Positions 52,948-64,000 of a stretch of 64,000 bases of DNA are shown here, piece by piece (positions within the stretch are counted from its first letter, which is position 1; each line of letters opens with the position of its first letter). The position numbers were made by a program, and so were the translations under genes. Location: positions 208,568,001 through 208,632,000 of the forward strand of contig OX597814.1 of the NCBI GenBank assembly GCA_951406725.2, read 5' to 3'. The notes beneath the pieces are model-generated. The model had not been told where the DNA came from. It saw only the letters and a list, made by a program, of their open reading frames with translations, and searched no databases. Source of the stretch: Octopus vulgaris. Taxonomy: Eukaryota.

Positions 52948-55171
52948 AAAGAGACCGTGGTGGTAGCAGTGATAATGATAATACAGATGAAGGGGAGAAA
53001 GCGGAGAAGGGTCATGCTAACGAAGAGGAGAACGTGAAGGGTGCTGCAATGTTACTATTAAATGGTGGTGAGAATGGGGATAGGAGAAGGCTTGTGGTGA
53101 TGACAGCATTGGCATTGTTGTGTATTATTGTTTTTTTTTTTTTCAAATTATTTTTCATCCGTCAGCCTTGTGGTAATCATAAAGAGATCATTATTTATTT
53201 ATTAATTTTTTTTTTATAGGTTTGAATTCTGAATATTAAGAAACAGAGCAAAATATTGATTAATTCTTAATAAATATATGACTATATGTGTGTGCATGTT
53301 TTTATATACACCGCAATACAAGAAGGCTTTTTGTGTTGTTATCATTTACAAAAAGAAGAGACAGAAGTGTGTTTATTCCAATAGTAGGAGTATAGCATTC
53401 CTGCTCACAGCTAAAAAAGGTCTAGTCAAGGTCAAATTGAAAGGAATCCTCCCATCAAATCAACATCAACAACATTGAATTCACGCTGTACAGGTATGCA
53501 TTGCGCATGGCTGATTCGTGTATTCTCCGAAAGAACCTCTACAGTCAGCTATATCAAAGAAAATGCCTGGTCGATGAACCAAAGAAGCGATTCAAAAACC
53601 AACCGAAGATTACGTTTGGTGAGGAAGAACATCGACCCTTCAATGACGAAGGAATACTTTATCACTGTCCACTTTAGTTATCTCATTATTAGGGTGGAGA
53701 ATTCTCTTGTAAACACGTTTAAAGAACGTGTTTATCGTTGCAAACATTGGCAAAAACATACCTTTAGTTCCTTTAAGTAGTTTCTACCAATCTATATAAT
53801 CCGACTTTTGACTGCCTTCTTACATATCATTTTCCACTACATATATTATCTATTTACACGTCTTTAAGCTTTATTTCCACTCATCTATCACACTATATTT
53901 CTCCACTCTTAATTTTGTGTTAATTTCTTTCTTTTTCTCTTCTTTCTCTTTCTCTAAATTGCCTTTTATGTTAAATCTATTAACGGTTTTTAAAAAAAAT
54001 AACTTGCCAGCGTTCCCTTCATCATATACGCGGTAACCACATTCGGTTAAAATGGGTTATTTATGTGCTTTGTTTTTTTTTTTTTTCCTGACGAGATGAT
54101 TACATCGTTTTACATCATTTTATTCACTCAGGAATAATACCAAGTTTTCTTCGAAACATATGTCGGGAGTGTAAAGATTTGATACAAAAATATTTCGCTA
54201 AACCCTAGAATTTCTACCTTTATAAGTAGGCTGTAACATCCTTGGCACTTATGCGAATTTTTGCTATCCTTGTAACTATTTTTTTTTTTTTCCGTGTTAT
54301 TTGTACACATTGAGAAAATACACATATATTTATAGATATACATTTATATATATGTATATATATAGAGAGAGAGAGGGGAGAGGGGGGAGAGAGAGAAAGA
54401 GACAAAGAGTAATAACTGATCCATCTAAACTAGCATTTACACGACCTGTCGTCGACTGAAATTGTTCATCGAGGACTTCCAAATTAGGAAGAATATAGTC
54501 TTCACTCTATTCAATGTATAATCAAAATAATATATACAGGAATCTGTTGGTGTTTACGCCGTAAGTATGAATGATTTTTGAGTTGGTTGATGCTGTGCTA
54601 AAAAAAAATTTGAATAAAAATTTGTAACGGCTACATCAACCAAGTCTATCGTGTATGTGTATATTTATATAAACTGACACGCACATATATATTGCTGGTT
54701 CCACAGAGAAAAAAGTGCCTTGTAGCTATTCAGACAGGACTGTGGTGATTTGTCTAATTACCATAATAGAGCGAGCGTTGGGAACACGAATGTATAAAAT
54801 ACGGGATGTTTCTACAGAGGTAGAGTAGATAGATATATAAAGAAAACTTACAACCTTGTAATTTTAGTAAACACATATAATATTGCTGTGAAAAGTAGAC
54901 ACTGTTATTAAACTTTCTCAACCTATAGTAAAAAAAAAATACCTATATATCGTAATTCTGCTTTTTCACACAAAAAAAATACGCTCTTGTAAATTTATTT
55001 TACGTTTCTACCTACCTCATTGCAGTGTTAATGCATGTATATATACGTTAAAGAATATATATTGATATACATAATACACAGATACACACATATAAATATA
55101 TGTATGTTAATATATATATATATATATATACTCACAAGATAGATAGAAGACAGATAGATAGATAGACAGAC

Positions 55172-55237
<66 letters not shown>

Positions 55238-55249
55238 GTAATAGGTAGG

Positions 55250-55295
<46 letters not shown>

Positions 55296-55878
55296 TAACG
55301 TCGATATTAAGGTTCCTGTGCTATGTTACAAATAGGGGTTAAAATCAGAGGTGCTAAACAAAGAAGAAAATATGCAAGTTTTCTGACAAATAACCGTATA
55401 TTCGACTTGTTCGTGGTACATTATTCAAGTAATTCAGCAAATAATTCTTGAAGTGTGAACATTTATTGAAGATCTCTGATTTCGCATTTATATAGACAAA
55501 AAATTTATTGAGATTCGTAAGAATGAAGTGAAGCTTCTATTTGTTTTGTTTGGTTGTATATAATTCACAGGTGTCAGTTCAATTTCTGTTTGGTTTATAT
55601 CATTCATTGGATTTTCTATAATATATCAAATACAGTAATACGTAATTTGATCTGCCGATATATTTAGATGTTTTGGTTTTGTTCCTATTTTCTATCTTCA
55701 CAGGGAAAGAAGTATGGGTCATAATTAGATTTTGATCAAATTTTACCTTCTAAATTCTAACATAATGTTTGCGTTCGGCATCACAATTCGGCTTTGTGGA
55801 AGTGACTTCAGCTTCATAGATAACTGCTTCAGAGAATATGACACTGCCGTTCAAATTATTTTTCATATCTACACAGTT

Positions 55879-56266
55879 AGGCGCAGGAGTGGCTGTGTGG
55901 CAAGGAGCTAGTTTACCAACCACATGGTTCCGGGTTCAGTCCCACTGCGTGGCACCTTGGGGGCAAGTGTCTTCTGCTATATCCCCGGGCCGACCAATGC
56001 CTTGTAAGTGGATTTGGTAGACGGAAACTGAAAGAAGCCTGTCGTATATATGTATATATATATATGTATGTGTGTATGTGTGTGTGCTTGACAACCGATG
56101 CTGTTGTGTTTATGTCCCCGTTACTTAGCGGTTCGGCAAAAGAGACCGATAGAATAAGTACTGGGCTTAAAAAAAGAATAAGTCCCGGGGTCGAGTTGCT
56201 CGACTAAAGGCGGTGCTCCAGCATGGCCGCAGTCAAATGACTGAAACAAGTAAAAGAGTAAAGGAG
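55879..56266 (+). mobile_element. SINE family A, near full length
   Basis: AGGCGCAGGAGTGGCTGTGTGG through GTAAAAGAGTAAA. Confidence 0.93.
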
Positions 56267-56791
56267 TTGCAGATGGCACAACCGGCGTTCGTGTCTACCC
56301 ATCAGCAGCCACTAAATGCCAAGTCCACCACACTGAGGGAGCATGCAGCAAATAGAAAAGCCTGACCAGAAGACCTCGTCCTTTCCACAGAAGTTATAGA
56401 GCAGGCGCTCCAGTTTGGTCAAATGAAAACTGGGACAAGAGACGACAGTCAGGCGGTAAACGATAACAGAGGTGATAAAAATCGCTACTTCTTCCCGACT
56501 TTTCAGGAATAGCTTCCTCTCTTCCTCTCTGGGTGAGATTGACCACTCTACTCGTCTTCATTCAGGTGAGGAAAGCTTTCTCTAAAATAGTTTTATGAGG
56601 AAATTTATTCAACTATCCAATGTCTTTTCAGTAAAAGATAACTCTTTAATTCAGTTTATATAAAGCAATCTGACGGAGGAAGTTTTCGGGAAAAGAGTTC
56701 GGCAAAACCCTCAGAATTCGTCAAAATGTTTTTGTTACTGATTAATTCTTCAATCAAATCGATGTTCCTCTTCTGAAGAGCAACATCAGCT

Positions 56792-56968
<177 letters not shown>

Positions 56969-57040
56969 TCATCTCTGGCTGTCCAGTCCTAGCTAAATCT
57001 GAATAAACACACACACGCATGTGTGTGTGTGTATGTGTGT

Positions 57041-57078
<38 letters not shown>

Positions 57079-57204
57079 ATATTCATTCATTTCTTTTATT
57101 CTTACTTCTTTCAATCATTTATATATACATACATATATATATATATACATATATATATATACATATATATATATATACATACATATATACATACATATAT
57201 ATAT

Positions 57205-57278
<74 letters not shown>

Positions 57279-57294
57279 CGATATATAATATATA

Positions 57295-57456
57295 CGACGA
57301 GCTTCTTTCAGTTTCCGTCTACCAAATCCACTCACAAAGCTTTGGTCAGCCCGAGGCTATAGCACAAGGCACTTGCCCAAGGTGCCACACAGTGGGACTG
57401 AATCTGAATCATGTGGTTTGGGAAGCAAGCTTCTTACCACGCAGCTACACCTGCGC
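57295..57456 (-). mobile_element. SINE family A, 5' half
   Basis: Head and core up to the internal (TA)n. Confidence 0.82.
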
Positions 57457-57466
57457 TTTATCTATG

Positions 57467-57497
<31 letters not shown>

Positions 57498-57520
57498 ATA
57501 TATATATATCTATCTATATA

Positions 57521-57585
<65 letters not shown>

Positions 57586-57599
57586 CGAGAGAGAGAGGG

Positions 57600-58050
57600 A
57601 ACCGAGTAAGTAGTTGTATCCACTGGGCAATATTCCAACACTACAGCATAAAGACTAACAAGAAATCGTTTAAACGTGTACCAAACAAGGTACACGACAA
57701 CGAACAGGCAACAATTATTTGGGATATGCCTGACAAAGAAATCAACGCTAATCAGACAGACATAATAATCAAGAATTGGTAAGAAAGAAAAAACACCTGT
57801 TTAGTTGTAGACATTGCAATCCCTTCTGAGCAAAATATTTCCCAAAATGAAGTGGAGAAACTGCCAAAATAGAAAAATCTCGAGACAGAAGTATTCAAGA
57901 TGTGGAGCATGAAGGTAAAAATCAACACCTGTAATTACTAGAGCATTGAACAAAAAAGAGAAAAGCCTATGAACAAAAACGTAGATGTCGTACCTGGGCT
58001 CCCAGCACCACACACTATCCAAAAAAATTGCCCTACTAGAGTAATGAGCA
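57600..58050 (+). mobile_element. Decayed RLE-type non-LTR retrotransposon C-terminus (R4/Dong-like), copy 1
   Basis: IHWAIFQHY...VPNKVHDNEQATIIWDMP.DKEINANQTDIII...CLVVDIAIPSEQN matches the LWD..TD..NRPD..IDVAVP pattern. Confidence 0.78.
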
Positions 58051-58059
58051 CTAACCAAA

Positions 58060-58450
58060 AGCTGTGGTAGAAAATGAGGATTACAACATGATGTAGGTTT
58101 TCCAATGAAGACTGACCATGCTATTGAAGCAACAAGACCGGATATGATCAGAGGGCAGAATAAACAAACACTGAAAGATCATAGATTTCGTAGTTCCCTA
58201 TGATATCAAAGTCGATACCAAAGAAATTGAAAAGAAATGAGAAATACCAGGATCTATCGAGAGAACTAAGGAGACTGTGGAAGACCGAAAAAACAATTAT
58301 TCCTGTAGTAATTGGAACACATGGCATCACACTCAAAATGCTACCTAAAAGACTGAAAGAGATTGGAATTGAAGCTCGCACTGTCGATTTGTACATCCTA
58401 TATTCAGCAAGGAACATAACTAAGATTCTTGAGGTTTGAGGTGACTTGCT
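58060..58450 (+). mobile_element. Decayed RLE-type non-LTR retrotransposon C-terminus (R4/Dong-like), copy 2
   Basis: KTDHAIEATRPDMI, IIDFVVPYD, EKYQDLSRELRRLWKTEKTIIPVVIGTHG. Confidence 0.82.
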
Positions 58451-58514
58451 AACTAAATTAGTATGTACTAGTGCAACAATAACAACGACAGCAACAACAA
58501 TTATAATAATGCTT

Positions 58515-58749
58515 GGGAATTTTGGCACAAGGCCAGTAATATGAGGGGTGGGGGCGTAAATTGATTTCGTCGACTAAAGTAGTTATTTTATCGACTCCGA
58601 AATGATGAAAGGCAAAATCGACCTCAGCAGAATTTCAACACAGAACGTAAAGGACGGATGAAATGCCGCTAAGCATTCTATCCGACGTGTTAGCCATTCT
58701 GCCAGCTCACCGCCTTACTACAATAATAACAACAACAACAACAACTACA

Positions 58750-58824
<75 letters not shown>

Positions 58825-59240
58825 TAATAATCCTTTCTACTATAGGTACAAAGCATCAAATTTTGGGGAAAGGGGACCAGTCGATTAAATCGACCCCTAT
58901 ACGCAACTGGTACTTAATTTATCGACCTCGAAAGGCTAAAAGACAAAAATCGACTTCGTCGGAATTTGAACTCAGAACGTCAAGGCGGACGAAGTGTCGC
59001 TAAGCATTTTGTCCGACATGCAAATGATTCTGCCGGCAGTGATAATATTTGTTTCAAATCTTGTCACAAGGCCAGTAATTTTCGGAGAAGGGGATAGTCA
59101 ATTACTTCGGCCCCATTATTTAGCCCGTACTTGATTTTATCGATCCCATAAGGACAAAAGGTACGAGTAAAGTCGACTTCAGCGGAATTTGAACTTAGAG
59201 CGTAAAGAGCCAGAGGAAAGGCAACGAAGCTGTTTGTTCG
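58515..59240 (-). mobile_element. Three older SINE B/B2 copies separated by (ACA/CTA/TAA)n
   Basis: Diverged matches at about 58520-58715, 58830-59035 and 59050-59240. Confidence 0.75.
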
Positions 59241-59454
59241 GAGAAAATCGATATACCAAGGAAAAATTTGGAAAATCCTCTCTACGTTTTATATCCGGCA
59301 ATACTCGACAGAAAATGTGTAAGTCAGCGTGAAAACCAAAAATGACTTACAATTTCTGGCCAAAAAACAGAAATGGAAAGTTTGATTTTAGCTGCACAGG
59401 ATTAATGGCCAAACTACAAATAAATAAATAAGTAAATAAAAAATAAACAATGCT

Positions 59455-59910
<456 letters not shown>

Positions 59911-60140
59911 GAAATGCGAGGCTAACATTTACTGCGTACTATGAAATTTACCAAATGAAATACTTCATCACATTTTTTTTCTGATTCCCCAGTTCCAGCA
60001 AATATAGAATATATCGTATTTATATATGATCAAGCAGGTAAGTACTTTTAAGGCAACAAATGTTTCTCTGCTTTAATAGACACTGCGATATAACTTCTGA
60101 ACAAGGAATCGAACGAAGTGGAATCGAAAAATTATTTAAG

Positions 60141-61019
60141 TACGTAGTTTGATCAATAAGTATCCGGACTGTTGCCATAGTAATGAAGCTAAAGCACGCA
60201 GTGTGAAGCCGCTAGGCAAAGGTTAACCTTGACCTCTGATGTGCATGTGCACTAGGTTTTAACGTTCTAGCTCACTTTTGTTGTTTACAGCAGTGCTTGG
60301 AAGTAACGTGTGTAACGTGTAATCGTCCTATTGACCATGACAGAGTAAGTTGTCATGGAGATACCTGCTCAGAGGCCTACACATAGTTGCAGAAAGCGTA
60401 TGGAGAGGAGTGCATGAGCCGCACACAAGAGTACGAATACTTCAGACGTTTTCAAGATGGCCAAAAAATGTCGATATTGACGAACGTTCTGGGAGACTCG
60501 CAACCAGCAAAACCGAGTAAAAACATAGCAGGTGTGCATGCAGTTGTGAGGGAAAATCGTTGAATTACCATCTGTGAGTTATCAGAGGATGTGCAGATTA
60601 TTTACGGTTCAGTTTAATCCATTATCACTGAAGATTTGGCTATGAGATGTGTGTCTGCCAAGTTTGTGCTATAACTGCTTTCAGCTGAACTAAAGGACAT
60701 CGGGTATCAGTTGCACAAAATCTTGATTGTGTCGAGAACGTCGGAAACTTTTTGAAAACTTTGCGTAGGCCTTGAGCAGGTATCGCCAAGCTTTTGGTAA
60801 AATTTGATGAAGATTCTCTGCTCATCTTTCTCTGCCATTATCAATGCGGCGAACACACGCTACACACCTTCCTTCCAAGCACTGCTGTAAACAGCGGAAA
60901 TGTGCTAGAACCGTAAGACTTACTGCGCATGCGTAGCAGGGTTAAAGATCAATCTGTGCCAAGCAGCTTCACTCTGTTACTATGGTAACAGCCCGGATGC
61001 TTATTGATCAGGCCACGTA
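60141..61019 (+). mobile_element. Mariner derivative with long inverted repeats (5' end copied onto 3' end)
   Basis: TA-flanked termini TACGTAGTTTGATCAATAAGTATCCGG / CCGGATGCTTATTGATCAGGCCACGTA; internal HTH LQKAYGEECMSRTQ...ERSGR...MRCVSAKFV. Confidence 0.88.
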
Positions 61020-61749
61020 TAAGTTCTGGGAATGGAAATAGGCAAAGCCGGTATTAAAGTATAAAAATGTATAACGATATATATATATATAAACAAGGGT
61101 TCAAAAATAATTTGACCCAATGATTGAGTGTCTATGTAATCGATCAATTCTCAAATAATTGAAGCTAAATCTACATCAAGTCACACCCCATCGTCTTAGA
61201 AAATCTGAATAATACATTGGTTATTATGGTCCTATGAGCACAATGCCCGAAAAAGAAAGAAAGGTTGGTGAGGGCTGTAATGCCTTTGATCATAGGTCTT
61301 CTCGATCATGGCTGGGACAAAACAATAAAAATAACAACACTATTAGGCAGGTCAAAATAATAATAAAATAGCCGTGCTAGACACAGACCACAAGACACAC
61401 AAAACAGTTTCAATTCAGTAGCACATCGCACAGTACATTTTAGCAGAATAATGTTCTCAGTACTACTTTAGCAACGATCCACGCAGAACATACCCGACAC
61501 CAGCACCACCTAATAAACTAACACAACTTACGCAATCTATATTGTACACAATAAGCAAACGAAATACTAAAATAACACCAGGAACAACGAAATAAATGTT
61601 GCAACACAGCCACTTAAATATAACGCATAGGCACCTTTCTACTCTTCTGGAAAGACAATATTGCATACACTTCGAGAAATCAGACATGCACCGGTGTTGC
61701 AGTAAAAACTCGCATATAAATACTGAAATAGAATTAGTGTGTGTGTATG

Positions 61750-61781
<32 letters not shown>

Positions 61782-61790
<9 letters not shown>

Positions 61791-61965
61791 TATATAGAGG
61801 GTACTACTATTCATAGATACCGCACGCTAAGAGGGACCCTTGCAGTCAAAACTACTAAAATAAACAAAATTGTACAATTTTGTTTATTTTAGTAGTTTTG
61901 ACCGCATTGGTCCCTCCTTGCGTGCGGTATCTATGAATAGTAGTACCCTCTATATAATATAAATA
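61782..61965. repeat. 184-bp spacerless palindrome (92-bp arms)
   Basis: Centre TGTACA at 61871-61876; 5 mismatches between arms. Confidence 0.95.
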
Positions 61966-62067
61966 AATATTTTCAAAGTGGAGAAATTTACGGATTTTTT
62001 TCTCTTACGAGGTTTTTCACGCTAACTACTGATAATTTCTTATAAAGATTTTATCCTCAATTTTAAA

Positions 62068-62187
<120 letters not shown>

Positions 62188-62199
62188 AAGACATAAATA

Positions 62200-63115
62200 C
62201 GGGAGTGGGACAAAACAATGGAAACACCTTAAGATTTCAAACAAATTTATCTTAATATGGGCTAGGACCGCCTTTGGCAGTAATTACAGCTTGAATTCTA
62301 CGAGGTATGGACTCGTACAAAGTTTGAATTGTTTCCAAAGGAATTTTTGTCCATTCTTCAGCTAAAGAAGCCCCCCAGATCATCACAGATCCACCTCCAT
62401 GTTTAACAGTTGAAAGAAGGCAGTCTGGGTCAAATAGTTCTTTTGGCTGTCACCACACGTATACTCGGCCGATGGTTGGAAATAAGTTAACTGATGACTC
62501 GTCAGAGAAAATAATATTCTTCCACTGCTTTAGGGACCAATTCTGTAGGTTTGTTTTTGAAAGTAGTGGTTTTCTAATTGCAGCCATCCCATGAACTCCG
62601 GTTTTGTGCAGCTCTCGACGAACAGATTTTGTGTAAACTGGGTTCTCGAGGTGGTCACAAAGTTCTGCAGTAATTTTGGGAGCTGTACTTTTGTGATCCT
62701 TACTAACAATTTGCGTAAGAGTCCGACGGTCTATCTGAAAGTTTTAGTTTTATTCCGGAGTTTATATTTTTTTGACGAGGAGGTTTTTCCCTCTTTCTCA
62801 AAGGCTATCATTACTTTCGCGACAGTACTTCTTGATACATCGAATGTTTCGGCTATTTTCGTTACGCTAGCGGCTGCCATACGAGCACTAACAATTTGAC
62901 CTCTCTGAAAGTCCGATAGATCTGTCATTTTAATGAATTTTAATTACCTTTTTCTGATGATACCTGAAAAGAAATAGCAATTTTAGCAAAACATTAAGCA
63001 ACATTAATAATAAATCGAAGAACATAACAATAAACAAGCTTTTGACTGTTTTATAGATATTTCAAAATTATGATGCTATGATGCTAGGTGTTTCCATTAT
63101 TTTGTCTAACCCCTG
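62200..63115 (-). mobile_element. Tc1-like transposon, internally deleted
   Basis: About 30-bp TIRs (GGACAAAA.AATGGAAACACCT); MTDLSDFQRGQIV..SVTKIAETFDVSRSTVAK HTH, IIFSDES and VKHGGGSVMIWG motifs; rest of DDE domain missing. Confidence 0.9.
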
Positions 63116-63222
63116 CATATACGTACATATATACGTACATATATATGCATATATATATATATATTCATATATACATATATATATATACACACACACATAT
63201 ATATATATATATATACACATAT

Positions 63223-63299
<77 letters not shown>

Positions 63300-64000
63300 T
63301 ATATATATGCAGACACACACATACACGCATGTAGATAAATATGGACACAACACGCTATCTTTTGATGCGTCGTTAATCTGTGAATTAAATCCGATGATAA
63401 AGTATTAAAGATAGCCAGAATTCGGTTAATTAAAGGAAGAACGTTGTAAAAATGAAACAAGTTTACACATACAACATAAATCAATTTTAGTCACAATACA
63501 GACATGAGGAGTAGGAATAGGAGAAAAAGAAGAACAAGTGCAACAAATACAAGAACATCATCATTATCAACAACAGCAATAATAGCAGCAGCAACAACAA
63601 CAACAAAAAAAACTAGCACTAAGAGCAGCAACAATGACCATGAAGTAAGTAACAATGACCAACAGAAAACTGAAGCTATGGGACTTTTCAGTATGAGAGA
63701 ACATTTTAAGAGAAACATTGTTGTATATCACTTTGCAATCTGTGTAGAAAAATATGCTTCGTACTATTGTTATGCATGAGGACAAGTGAAGTAACAAATC
63801 AATCATCAATGCAGCAAAAATTAAATATAACAATGACTCACACACACACATACACACACGTATATGTGTGAGTGTATAAACATATACACATAAATGTGTA
63901 TATGTGTTTGAAGGTGTGTTTGTATGCATTATTGATAATGAACGGTAGTAGAGCGTTAATAGTTTAATTCCATCAGTCCTTATCCCCAGCTACTCCAAAC

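Overview
AT-rich, extremely microsatellite-rich eukaryotic DNA with no host protein-coding exon I can support; it is probably intergenic or a very large intron. The repeat complement suggests an octopus (cephalopod) genome; this is an inference from recalled octopus SINEs and SSR density. Almost all long ORFs in the track are microsatellite artefacts. The window holds three abundant tRNA-derived SINE families (called A, B and C here) and decayed fragments of RTE, CR1, L2/CR1-like, R4/Dong-like, Tx1/L1-like and Penelope-like retroelements. It also holds several mariner/Tc1 derivatives, a hAT transposase relic and a complete non-autonomous Helitron. The most notable signal is SINE family B. At four loci it forms arrays of a 184-bp body, three of them with one tRNA-like head (head+[body]n, n=3,3,6). 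The bodies join at the same GAAATA|GGTATTTC junction, which sits just 3' of the loop of a hairpin in the head. Units within an array carry different diagnostic variants, which suggests serial self-targeted insertion or template jumping. The 3' end of family B matches the 3' end of a Tx1/L1-like LINE fragment at 36.2-36.65 kb, a candidate autonomous partner.
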